This document shows, piece after piece, positions 27,301-39,303 of a DNA stretch of 64,000 nt. The position numbers and the translations under genes were made by a program. The DNA is from Podarcis vaucheri. Lineage: Eukaryota. Each line of letters opens with the position of its first letter. The stretch's first letter is position 1. Location of the stretch: the NCBI GenBank assembly GCA_965113315.1, contig OZ220363.1, one strand, 5' to 3'. The notes below the pieces were generated by a model. The model saw only the letters and a list, made by a program, of their open reading frames with translations. It was not told the origin of the DNA and searched no databases.

Positions 27301-27659
27301 AAATCTTGCTTAAGATTGGGAAATGTACTTTGAATAAGTGATTATTATGATAATTTGAGAGGACATCTCAGATAAATATGAATGGGTAAATTGTCCCAGA
27401 GGCAGAAGGCTTACTTTATTTCCCCCCCCCAACCTAGGACATTTTCTCATTCTTCATTAGCCTGCATAATATATATAAATGCATAAAGTAACTGCTTAGT
27501 TAGGAAGTGCATGCAATATATAATCATTTTAAAGTGTTTGGGGATACATTTTCTTAAGAGTAGATGTGAATTTAAATAACATACATGGACAAATGCCCTT
27601 ATTTAATGCTTGACCTTTCTTTGTAAACTGCATTGTACACGTGTTATATAGCTCTTTAT

Positions 27660-28057
27660 AAAAGTACTCAGGCAAGGAGTCAGCAAGGCAAGTGCAAGGG
27701 AAATATTTATCTTCAGACAAACAAAAGGCATCCTGGTGAACAATGCCATTGTGCATAATTGGTTTCAGTTTAATATTAACAAAAAGGAAATGAATGCATA
27801 CAGAAGACCTAAGAGACATTGTTCACAGGATAAATTTGATTGACTGCCACACAGATTTTGTGGCAATAATTCTGGAAGGAGTTTAGGGGTGAGATGAAAC
27901 GCCGGACAAAAGAGAAGATAGCAAGCAGTGCTTCAAAAGTTGCCACACAAGCCAGTGGTGGAGCACATCTGACACCACAGGAAGCTCAGGTCGCTTGGAA
28001 AGTTGACTCCAAGTTCATCACAGAGATTTCTGACTGTGACATCACTACAATGCATAG
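27660..28057 (+). pseudogene. Degraded Harbinger ORF1 Myb/SANT-like exon
   Basis: WKEFRGEMKRRTKEKIA (27873-27923) resembles the W-x-D-M/L-KRR-x-K-x-K helix of Harbinger Myb-like proteins. In-frame TAA at 27867-27869, frameshifts upstream, donor AG|GTGAG after 28057. Confidence 0.7.
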
Positions 28058-28355
28058 GTGAGCTTTTTGCTAGGTTCACAGACATTTACTGTCACAATCA
28101 CAATAAGGTGTATTGAAAGATGTTCTTTGGGATCCAGTACAGTTGTATGTGTTATGGGTGCAGCACCGTGTGCATTTTATGAAGTGCCACTTGCACTTTT
28201 CAGTCTCTAAATTTTAGTCTGCCCAATTATTTGCCCAAACACAAACACTCTGGTTTCCCAACTGGCTTCTTTCTGTGTGTTGTCCGATGTATGTAGATTC
28301 CTCCATCTGCCTGGCCTCAGATACAGTGGTTGTTGCTCCTCTATTTGATTGCCAG

Positions 28356-29212
28356 ATGTCACTGGGCAGCAAGATGGGGAGGTTCCTGGATCTTCTGGAC
28401 AGCCCAGGCACCAGAGAGGAAGTTCACCATCCACACCTGCAGAAGAGCAAGAATCCTCAGTGCCAGCTTCTGATGAAGATTCACCAGCCAGAACTACAGA
28501 GAGTTGGCCATGGCCATTGTCATCATCTGAAACACACAGCAACCTGGGGGAAGATTTTGAGGGATTTCCAACACCAGAGCGGACTCCGCAGTGTACAATG
28601 GACATACAATCTCCTGGGGATCAGTCTCTCAGTAGGACTCCCCAATATGAGAGTGACTCTCCTGTGGAGGGAAATGATGAAATGAACGAAGAGCACCATG
28701 GTGTTCAGCCTGTCCCTAGGGATCGGGGTTGGAGAGGGCAAACTCAGCTGACAGAGGGAGAGAGGTTATTAATGGAAACCAATAGTAGGATTGTACAGCT
28801 GCTGGAAAATATCAAGAGAGAGCATGCACAGTCCATGGGTCTCATGTCACAGTCCATGGGCCGGATGGAGCTGCAGCTAGGCATTGTGGCTACATCCACA
28901 AGAGCCATCCATAACTACCTGTCTGAGATTTTAGCTTTCCTCAAACAACCAAGGACACAGGTCCTTGAAACACGTATCTCCCAAAGAGCCACACCTCATG
29001 TTGAGTTAACGAGTGCCTCAACGTGGACTGGTGAGGATGCAGTGGCAATGCCCACTGGATACTTACCAAGGGATGAAGGGATTAATGACTCTCAAGAAAC
29101 ACTGCAAGCCACACTGCCTCGTCGCAGTGGCCGAATGCAGAGAGCCATAACAGAAAGGGCCTCGTTGCCCATGCCCATGCGCCAAGCAAAGGGGGGAGGG
29201 AAGAAAAAATAA
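28356..29212 (+). CDS. Intact Harbinger-ORF1-derived exon (285 aa: acidic S/P-rich region, amphipathic/coiled-coil helix, basic tail); candidate alternative last exon of SHANK2
   Basis: Open from acceptor ttgattgccAG|AT to TAA at 29210-29212, with an in-frame TGA at 28346-28348 just upstream. Phase 1 matches the SHANK2 donors at 7450, 7810 and 12165. Confidence 0.7.
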
Positions 29213-29619
29213 TTTATCACACTAGTGATAGTATTTTTAAGGGTTTTTTTTAATGTGCCTGTCCTTTTAATTCTTAGCCATAAGGCCATGAGTGGCAGAA
29301 CTTGACCATTTTTACATTTGGCTAACATTGTATTCTGGCTGACTAGATTAGTCTTACATTTTGTAGTTTATATTTGCATTGTTAACAATGTGTGCTACTG
29401 GTATTTGAAGAACATTTGCTTCTGTTCTTTCACTTCAGCTTCATGAGAGCATTTTTTTACACTGTGCCAGACATTCATTGCTTTTCTTACAAATACAAAT
29501 CATTTCTGGACACAGTTGTTTTTTGAGTTTTCTTTTTCCATTATCCCCCCTTCCCCCTTTCCCTCTGAGCAAGCATTCTGGAGTTTTTGGTAAGTATGTG
29601 GGTCTTGGCAATATTCGCC

Positions 29620-30651
29620 TCAGAAATTGTGTTCGATCAGTCTTTGCCTGGTGTTTCTGGCATGCTGGCCTGAGGTGTTGGGATTAGCCTGTAAGTGCCT
29701 TTTTTGATAATAATCTTATCCTCTGTGGGTCTGACCAGATTAATCTCTTGCCTATTTTGTGGAAATTACATATCTTGGCTGGGTTGTGTAATAAGCAACA
29801 TGCCAGGACTATATTGCAGCATTTGTGACTTGTACAAAAACTGTGCCAGCAAACCTATCTAGGCACATGAACTACACTTTCAAAAGCTCCTTCCTTGTTG
29901 AACTGATGGTTTGGCGAGCAACATTGTTAACCCATGGGGAAGTTTGGAGATTTAGAAACAGAGGAAAATAGCAATGCATTTATTATATGTGAATCACATA
30001 AAGAAATATCATAGGAGAAACTATCCCTAATACTATCACAGATACTTACAGATCAAAGCAATCGCCTTCCTTTTAGCCAGACCTTCTCAGAATTTAAGAG
30101 TCATAACACGCTGTTGCGTTCTGTGCCACAATGTCTAAATAACAGCTTTGCATTGCAGACGATATGAAAATCTCTCCTCTTCCTTTAGGCCACCTCATTT
30201 ACTGATGCTAAGAGTGGTCCTAGCACACTATGCAGATAACTATTGCACATGGGTTGGAGAGCATTTTTATTACTGTTGGGACTGCCTCTGTGAGGGTTGG
30301 TTAAAAAGCGAGACACAAAAGCATCTAGATGCATATCAGGAATACAGAGTGGCTTCTGAGTGGTACTCGAGATCATCCTGTTTTCACCACCAAACTGGGT
30401 TGTGTGGTCGCCACCACTGTTACACAGGCACAGTGTAGGCCCTGCTTCACTTTCCAGTTTCACTTTGGAGCTAAATTCCCTAAAGAGCATATTTGTGAGA
30501 GCATATTTATCCAGCCCATATCTAAATCCAAGTTTGTGGCTGTATCTAAACAGGCTGTGGACCATGTGGGCCATCTCTTCCACCTACTCTTGTTTCAGAC
30601 GGAAGAAAACCTGAGAGCAAGAAGCATTTTGCTGCAGTACAAACCAGCCAT
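29620..30651 (-). pseudogene. Degraded PIF/Harbinger (HARBI1-like) DDE transposase
   Basis: Minus-strand fragments in shifting frames: FRYGLDKYAL, THVQ, IVCNAKLLF (30137-30163), YDS*ILRRSG (30076-30105), intron-like donor GTAAGT (30044-30049), LLK..FMCLDRFAG, KCCNIVLACCLLHN (29783-29824) and terminal RQRLIEHNF* (TGA at 29620-29622). Confidence 0.88.
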
Positions 30652-30921
30652 AATATGCTTCTTAGTGAAATATTTGCTTGTGGCTGCTTTTTGCTAAGTG
30701 ACTGGGCTAATGGTGAGATGCAGCTAGTGTGGGCTAACCCCTCATGCAGGCACAACTTACGGTTCAGGTATCTGTCCTGAGGTGAGCTGCCATGGGTGTG
30801 CTGTCTTGACCATAAACTCTAAATGCACCCGGTCTGTCAGGGATGACCTTTCACACCTGCAAACCACTTGTGCCCCATCTGTGCCTGTTTTAGTTCTTGT
30901 TTGTTTGTTAAACATAATATA

Positions 30922-31081
30922 CCGAATTTTTCCGTCTATAAGACACCTCCATGTATAAGACTATTTTGGGGGACTCAGATTTAAGAAAATGGGGGGAGAT
31001 GGCCCCATGTATAAGACGCCCCCTCATTTTTGACATTATTTTTTAGGGGAAAAACCTAGTCTTATACACGGGAAAATATGG
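30922..31081. mobile_element. Tc1/mariner-type MITE (160 bp, TA TSD)
   Basis: TA|ccgaatttttccgtctataagac ... gtcttatacacgggaaaatatgg|TA imperfect TIRs. Confidence 0.8.
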
Positions 31082-31699
31082 TATATATAGATGCCTTTAT
31101 AAATAAATACATTTCAAATTGAAGCATGTAAGAATCATGATGCAAGAATACACATTCTTACAAAATTACATGAAAAAACAACAACCAAGGGGAAGTGTCA
31201 CAAACAAGTATGAAACGCAAGTCCAGTCCAATGGATTTTGTTAAGGTTCCAATGTAGCTTTCAAAGTCCTAAACAAAAACAAGCTGCAGAGCTCTTTGAA
31301 AATTAGCCTTTTATTAATATGTCTGAAAAGGGAAATACATGGAGTTCCACAAACGTCCTGAGATCAGCCTAGATCTACAATATAATGAAGATGTGTTTAT
31401 TTGCATTATGTCACTCTAAAAGTGTGGTGGAATTGGGGAGGGGGGGTATTCAGAATTTGACAAATATACTACAGTTCAAACATAACCATTGTTGGAAAGT
31501 CCAGATTTCCTCCCTAAATTTAATATATTTAATTCATTGGGTTTTACTGCATCCCAACTTCACTATGCGATTAAAAAAAAAATCAGCACAAAATTCATTC
31601 TTTGCAGTAATATACAAAGCCCCCTCCCCATTCCAACTTGTTTCAGCTATCTGTGATTAGAAAGGGTTGTAATACCTGCCATTTTGAGTGGAAGAAGCT

Positions 31700-32250
31700 G
31701 TAGGGCAAGGAGAAATGAGCTGACAATAATAAGATCAACAAAAGATAGAGTTTCCCACTAACCTAATGTGTGGTGGCAATATCAGATTTTGTTAGCGAAT
31801 ACCTGCAAACTGATATTGTAGTCAGATCTAGTGCTTGGATCAGACTTCCAATACTGTCTTGCAAAATAATGGAGGTATGCATGGTTTTTATCATTTTCAA
31901 AGTGAATATCCCCATGCTTTTTTCTTGTATCTGTCAAAGCCTATTCATTATTTCCCTGTAGTTCTCATTGTCTGGCTAGAAATATGGCTACGTGTGTCTT
32001 TTCAGTTACAAATGTTATGAGTTTTTATGTGGAATATTACATTACTTGCAGACATTGAGTAACAAATACTTCCCATCTTCAAAATCTTTCACTGTTGATC
32101 ACAAAAGGTTTGTGGCATCATTTACAGGACTAGAGAGGCATAACACAAAATCTTCCCTCTTGGTGGTGGATATACCAGCAAACCCAAATGTCAAAGATGA
32201 AACCTGTAAGGTTTATGTTTTACTGCAAATTGGAAAGGTTTAGTCATAGT
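31700..32250 (-). pseudogene. Possible very degraded hAT (ZMYM1/Tip100-like) transposase remnant
   Basis: Minus-strand VAIFLARQ*ELQGNNE (~31944-31991) resembles FLARQxLxLRGxxE of DUF4371-type hAT transposases. Boundaries are guessed. Confidence 0.35.
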
Positions 32251-34486
32251 TTGAAAGACAGAATTCAGATTTCTGCTAAATTGAGTATAAATCTATCACA
32301 TTTGAATCTTTTAAAAAGCAGGCCAAAAAAAAAAGAATACTGAAAGATATTGATATTTACAAATAATCTATTGCATTGTCCAGTTCCATGATGTTGGCAG
32401 TAGAGCCTTCTCAGTGACTTAAGAATCTGCTCTTCCATGACAATTTTCTTCACAGGTAGAGAAGTTAACTGTGATTCCTATAAACACCATTGCCCTGATC
32501 CAGCTATCCCTTGTGGGCACAAGGGCTCTGATCTCACCCAACCACAGGATCTTCTCCATTCACTTCAGTGGTCGAGGCATCTCTGGTATCACATGCATAG
32601 AGATATGCACATAGATCTTTTCCATCCACTGCTGTGATTTGAGAAACCCACACATGCAGGGGCTCCTTGTGCACATTGCAGCACACACGGGGCTCTGGTT
32701 CAGGAAGCGTCTCTGCATTTAACAAGATGTGCTACATTAAAAGCCATTTTTCTTTTCCCATATACCATTCTAAACCACACTCTTAAGAGATGAATATGCT
32801 CTACATATCTAATTACAATCTCTAATTTCAACACTCTGCATGGGTGGAATTGTCTGTAGAAAATTATTGAGGTGACTGTATTGAGTTGGTAACTAATGGG
32901 CTAGTTTCTCTTTCTTCCTAAAGCAGTTTGCAATGCAGGTATTTTGTATTTAATTCTAGAAAAATCAGTTGGGAAGTATGATGCCTTTCAGACTTCAGTT
33001 GTCGGACATGATGAAAAAAAGAAATTGGTGGGCAATGGAGTCTCTTCCAGTTGTTACATAACTTTTTATGTATGCATATATGCTGAGTATCCAGGGCCCT
33101 GTGGTTAGGATGAATATTTTGCTAACTTTGCTTTGATAATCTAAATGTTAAAAAAACACCACTGCATATATATAGTCTGACTGCATTCTCTGAACATTGA
33201 TACTGAAGGTGTGGCAAAGAAAGAATATAGGACTATTTTTTATAGTATAAGGTTGGCTCTTATTCCAAGTGTGGAGGATGAATTGATGTGTGATCTTAGA
33301 TCAGTAAAATGACTCAGTTTCAACATAAATACAAAGGGATGATACCCATTGTATAATGCTATAATCCAGTTGTTGCCTAACTCTAGATTTGAACATTCCT
33401 CTTGCATCTTAAAAGGAAATCACTTGTATCGATTGCTTCTATTTTGGTTTGTGTTTGTAATTTGTCTCATTCTGCATTGTGCCGATTGGATCCAAATTTT
33501 CCTGTGCTACAAAGGGTAGAGATAAATTTTGTGTGGTTGGCCTCTATAGCACACTTAAAACTGAGGGCTGATTCTCTTCATAACCTTGTCCGTGACGGGC
33601 TGCTTTTATTTATCCAGCTCAGATTAGTTTTCCTACCTTTTGTCCATAGTGAAGTGGTCATACTATGACTTTGAGATCACAGTTTGATGGCCATCACTCA
33701 AACATACTCTTTGAACATTTGTGGCAAACAGTAACACCATCTGAGTTTGCGGTCAAAATGTTTCATGACTACTTCCTCATAGGCAAATGCAGGAAAATAG
33801 TACTCCAGAGTTTAGAAAGTGGTTTGCTACTAACAACGTGGCCATGAGAATTAGCCCTGAGATATTAATTGCCAGGCTTATAGCAAAGTTTCTAATGAAG
33901 ATTTGAAACTTGACTCATTGGACCTAAGTATGATTCATTTAACATTTAGAAGTCCATAGAAAATTAAGTATTTGCATATTTAAGAGACTTTAAAAAGTGC
34001 TGTTATAACAGTGCCAAATCGTTTTGTCTAATAGCCTGACATCAGGAATAGGTTACAAAGTAATAGCATAAAGAGCACTTAAAAATACCTATTATTGTCT
34101 AAAATTTCATTAGCATTCTAGTGACTACTGTGTGGAATAGTGCTCTGCAGGTGTAAAATTTCTAAAGGTTTTCTTTCCATTTCTATATAGATATTTTCCC
34201 TTCACATTTTGAAGGTTTGAAGAAGAGGATTGTTTTTCGAGTCACACTAAGTAAACATTAAATGCATGCAGGCTTAAAACTAAAGCATGCATGTTACGCA
34301 GCAACAATAAAAGTGCTCGGCTTGCACGACTTACGATGCTGAAGCGTTGCCTTGTTAAATTGCCAAAATCCCCTTTTTATTTGCATCTTTAAAAAAAAGT
34401 TAAACTCTTAATTTCACATTGCATTATTTAGATTTTCAGTCTTTGGACAAATTAGATTTATTTTAGCAAATATTTCTGTGTTACAG

Positions 34487-34617
34487 ATAAAGTTGATGAA
34501 ATAGTACCAGTTTCCAAGCCATCAAGAATTCCAGACAATGCAGCCGTGGACTCAAGAGTGGCAACAATTAAACAACGACCTTCCAGCAGATGCTTTCCCT
34601 CGGCTACAGATATGAAT
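34487..34617 (+). CDS. SHANK2: SHANK2 coding exon
   Basis: ttacAG|AT...AAT|GTgagt. 131 nt; (D)KVDEIVPVSKPSRIPDNAAVDSRVATIKQRPSSRCFPSATDMN contains the Shank motif VATIKQRPSSR. Confidence 0.95.
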
Positions 34618-36861
34618 GTGAGTAATGGCTCTTGTAAATGTACTTAAGAGTTCTGATATTTTGACTAAATTAAGATCTTTCCAGATTCCTAATAGTAGAG
34701 GATAATCCTCCAAGCTTTCCTTTTCTTTTTGCACACTTATCCTTAATTCTTCTGACTTGTGCCCATGATCACCTTCTGGAATGACACTCCTCACTGTAAC
34801 GGATTAAGATTTATTTCCTGGGAAAATTTACTTGGGAGTTAGTCCCATTGAAGTAAATGAGAGGCACCTCTAGAAGTGTGATATATTCATGTTCTATAAA
34901 ATTACACCTTTGTTACACCATATTCTTGAACTGGATCCATAGCAATGGTATATTCAAATGCCCTTTTAATAGCTAATTTCCAGAGTTTGAAATCAACATC
35001 AAAACCTTTCTCATGATTTATTGTAATGGTGCAATGGGACTGTATCTAGATATGAAGTAGATAAAAATATTGAATCAGATCTTGTTCCAGAATCACACAT
35101 AATGAACTTAAAGGTCTTCCTGACCCCAGAGTCGTCCGTGACTGGATCTAACGGTCAGGGATCCCTTTACCTTTTTTACAGTGCAGTATGGTGTGTTTCT
35201 TTTCCTTCCCATCAGAAATGTTGCTCAGACCAAGAAATATGTTCTGTCCAGGATGACAAATTTGCCACCTATTTCACAAATACTATCATTCATAGAATTT
35301 GATATGACTTTAGAAGCTCTTAGTTCAAATACCACAACTAGTGTGGAAGGCTCTGCTTTGTACAAGTTGTGTGCATCCACTACTCTTGATTCCCCACCTA
35401 CTGAGGCAGAAAGAATTAGGGGAGAAACTGACCTGCTGTTAGTTGGATTACTGTGTGTGATGGACAGCATACAGGAAGTAATGACCTCAGCTGGGTGGAA
35501 TAAGAAATATTCTCCTCCTCAGGGAAGACATGCCAAAGAAATATGAAACTTCTGGTTGTCTTGCTCAGCTCTGGCTTTGATACTTCTAGCTAGTCTAAAG
35601 TTTTCCCTTTTTCAGTAAGCTTTTGGGATAGCAGTTTATTTCAATGTATAAAGATACGGTTTCTGAACTGTATCTCCTTCAATCACAGTTTGCAGGACAA
35701 AAGATGGCATTAAATCCCGTGGCTCCTAGTAACACTTCAGGAACTTCTGATTCTGTGCTTTTTAGGTGCTTGAGGCAGATGTTTAGCTTTTCCCAGAAAG
35801 TAAAGTGCCAGAGGACAGAAGCATAATCTCTTGAGAATATTTTTGAAGAATTGAGACTGTCCACCTGTCCACCTCAACTTATCATCCCCAACCCATTGTT
35901 TTTTAAAAAATCTTTTTAATTTTAAATTTCTTTAGAAAAGTTATACCCCAGTCTTCAGCCAAAAAGGCTCCTGGAGTGGCTTGCATACAATCAAGATAGT
36001 CCCTGTCTGTCAGCTTACAACAAAAAAGAAACAGCACAGAAGGAAAAGTGTCCAGGGGGTGAAGGGTGGGGAAACTCAGAGGCCAATTCTTAAAGTTTAA
36101 ATAGTAGTTATTATCATGACAAGGTGGAATGGAATCAGTTTAGGGACAGGCGGTGTCTGATAGAGCTGGCCTTTCAGTAAAGCTATGGAATGAACCCCAC
36201 TTCTTATCTCTCTCACTGTTCATTTGCAAAATAATCATTTTCACTTTTATTCTCTATGCACTACTTATGCCTTATAAAATTATTTATGTTATTCAGTGGT
36301 CTTGTTCCTTCTCGCGTAAAATTCCAGCTGTTTAGCATCTACTTCCTCTAGGAACCTTTTTTTACTTGGGGGGGGGAGTTGGGGAGTGGAGACGGGCTTT
36401 CTTCAGATGTGCTGTATTCTTCTTTCAGGAGGAAAATAGATGCTGATACATGTGCTGCTTTTATTTGTGCGTTTTTTTTTGTTTTTAAAGAAAAGAATTG
36501 AGTCTAGGTTCTGGACTGGAGGACAGTCCCAAATCTATAATTAAAATGAAAAAAAATGTGAATTTTTGAGTAAAGCTCAGTGTGTGTGTGTGTGAGAGAG
36601 AGAGAGAAATGAGGAGACAGGTTGCATTTTAAATTGAAAAGTGCTTGCAAATTCAGGAGTGTGAGCCACTGCAGTGGAAACAAAAGAAACCTCTAGCTGT
36701 GTGCATAGTTTTCTCACATACTTGCACATAAATTTGGTCTTACAAATTGCCTGTTAACTGCTAGTTAGCTGTTGGTGTGCTGCATTCAGCATTTTTCTGA
36801 AGGTATCTGTAGTATTGTATGTGACCATGGCTCATGTTTTGTCCCACTCCAAATAACAATA

Positions 36862-37326
36862 CAGTGGAACCTTGGGTTACATACCATCCTCCTTACGAAC
36901 ACTTCGGGTAATGAGCTCTGGTAACCCAGAAGTAGGTCTCCTGGTAGCAAACTTTGCCCCAGGATGCGAGTGGAAGTCACACAGCGGCAGCGGGAGGCCC
37001 CATTAGCGAAAGTGCGCCTCAGGATAAGAACGGTTTTGGGTTAAGAACAGACCTCCAGAACAAATTAAGTTCATAACTGGAGGTACACCAGTACAGCCAA
37101 AAACATAAGACCCATGCTCGCGTTGCGAATGTGATTTGTGCAGGAAGCACGTTCGCAACGCAACGCACCGCCCTGTCTCTGTGCATGCGCAAAACGCGAT
37201 TTAGCACTTATGGGCATTTGCAAGCGCCGAAACCTGGAAGTAACCCATTCCAGTACTCCTGGGTTCGGTGCAGTGTGCAACCTGAAATCACGCAACCCAA
37301 AGCATCTGTAACCCGAGGTATGACTG
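36862..37326. mobile_element. Tc1/mariner(Tigger)-like MITE composite (two abutting units)
   Basis: TA|cagtggaaccttgggttac start, internal end ...ggaggtacaccag|TA at ~37091, second end gtaacccgaggtatgactg|TA at 37326. Confidence 0.7.
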
Positions 37327-37333
37327 TATAAAA

Positions 37334-37510
37334 ACAGTATGGTGTAGTGGTTAAGATCAGGTGACTCGTAATCTGGTGAACCGGGTTCTCGTCTCCGCTC
37401 TTCCACATGCATCTACTGTGTGACCTTGGGCTAGTCACACTTCTCTGAATAATCTCAGCCTCACTCACTTCACAGTGTTTGTTGTGGGGGAGGAAGGGAA
37501 AGAAGATTGA
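37334..37510 (+). mobile_element. tRNA-derived SINE (Squam3-like)
   Basis: A box tggtgtagtgg, degenerate B box gggttctcgtc, core gtgaccttgggctagtcac. Confidence 0.75.
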
Positions 37511-39026
37511 GGTCAATGTGTTGTGGACTGTTGAGGTCACCTGAGAAGACTAGTGAGGTCTTCTAATAGAAGACGTTATCCTTTCACAGTATACCTTAGG
37601 TTGTTATCTCTTTATTACTCCCTGTAAATGAACAAGGAAAACAAGTTTCTAGTTCTGTTCTGTGGTTTCTGAATAAATGTGATTGATTGTATTGTATTGT
37701 AGAGTGTTTCCTTTTCCTTCTTATTCTTGGGTGCACTGCTCAACTTCCTTAGTCCGGGAGCTCTGACTCTTTGCTTGATGTCAACACAAGTGGCACATGC
37801 CAAGGTGCAGACAAGAAACTGTCATGCAGGCCTAGTATAAGAAGAGACCCTTGGAGGGACACATTCTGCGGTCTTGTGCTATACTCTTGTCCAACAGTTT
37901 GTACCACCTGGCCAGTCCTCTGTGGATATGACCTCAATTCCCATACCTTTTCCTTAAGAAACCATGTATATCAAGGCATCGCGGGGACTTAACAATATAC
38001 TTCTGTTTCTTCCGGGGGGGGAGAGATTGTTCATACCAGAGCTGAATACTAGCACATTGCGGCTGTGGACCTATTGATTTCTGGATAGCATGTTATGGCT
38101 TACTTATTTATATTCCTTTTCCTACCTTGAGATGTTTAGGAGAGGTGTGCAGGATAATTGATCTAATAATTGATCTCAGACACAAGTCGGGGTTTTGAAA
38201 GGTGCCTTACCTGCTCTACATTAATGGCTTCTACTCTCAGTTCTTACTTTGCAATATTCTGGTCACCTATGTGTACGGTAGCACATACCACCATTTGAAG
38301 AAGATAACAATCATTTCCTATAAGTGCTTTTCTTCAAAGGGGATGTCTGTTCTTAGACATACTGTAGTCCAAAAATCCATTTGGTACCATTAGCCAGGTT
38401 TTCCTTCATCCCAGTTGTCCGGTTCTGAATAGATCCTTCCCCTACCTATGTTTAACTTTGCAACTGCAAGTGACTGAGGGAGGGCCTCTTGCAACACCTG
38501 ATGCCACTATGAAAGGTTTTGTGAGCCATCATATGTGGCAGACAGGTATGGACAGCTCTGGAAGAAGATCAGTTGTAAGAAATAAACTTGTGATCCATAG
38601 AAATGGCTTTCTCTTTTGCCAGTTGAGTACAAATATAAAGCCTTCCATAGCAAAAGCTCATAGTTCACTAGTTTATCAAACCTTCCTTTTTCTGTTGCCA
38701 TTTTCCTGTGTAATATAGAAATAATCTGCCCAATTTCCCAAATATCCAATGAAACAAATATTTTGGATGTCTCAAAATAATGGCCAAATTGTGTAGAGTA
38801 TAATGTATTTTTTTCCAAATTGTCACTTACTATTTGAAGTGAATATCAAAACTATGGCCAAGTTGACATATTTCTTTGAATTGTAGCATGTATTTTGCCA
38901 CTACCTCCTGTAAATGTTACCGTTCTGCACCAGTAACATAAAATTCATCTGCCTAGGCCAAATTACATCATTACCAACCACACTATTCACATCTGCCCCA
39001 ATCACTAGCATGCAATCTGTCCCTCT

Positions 39027-39187
39027 NNNNNNNNNNNNNNNNNNNNNNNNNNNNNNNNNNNNNNNNNNNNNNNNNNNNNNNNNNNNNNNNNNNNNNNNNN
39101 NNNNNNNNNNNNNNNNNNNNNNNNNNNNNNNNNNNNNNNNNNNNNNNNNNNNNNNNNNNNNNNNNNNNNNNNNNNNNNNNNNNNNNN
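39027..39187. other. Assembly gap (161 N)
   Basis: Run of N. Confidence 1.
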
Positions 39188-39303
39188 ACAATGAAGACAT
39201 ACTGCCCAAGGTATTGTGTAAACCAGGCCTATATGTGAGAATGAAACAGAACTTTAAATTATGGCTTCAGGTACAATTATTTTTTCTTTTTGTTTTTTTG
39301 TAG

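Larger units (their letters stand above)
27660..30660. mobile_element. Fossil autonomous PIF/Harbinger transposon: convergent Myb/SANT-like ORF1 on + and DDE transposase on -; termini not resolved
   Basis: Two tail-to-tail coding remnants with Harbinger-type motifs (see the sub-features). No clean TIR or TWA TSD recognised. Confidence 0.85.

Noticed and set aside
26900-27660. Left TIR/TSD of the Harbinger fossil
   Set aside because: I could not find a convincing inverted match to 30660-30920 by eye, so the element's ends are left undefined.
28349-29212. Single-exon stand-alone gene starting at 28349
   Set aside because: The track's start codon is TTG, directly after a TGA and within an acceptor tract; the first ATG is at 28598. 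A spliced exon fits better.
37334-37410. tRNA gene
   Set aside because: The A/B boxes belong to a tRNA-derived SINE head: the B box is degenerate, there is no cloverleaf, and a SINE core follows.
38901-39303. ORFs spanning the N run
   Set aside because: Artefact of the 161-N assembly gap; the hidden sequence cannot be assessed.
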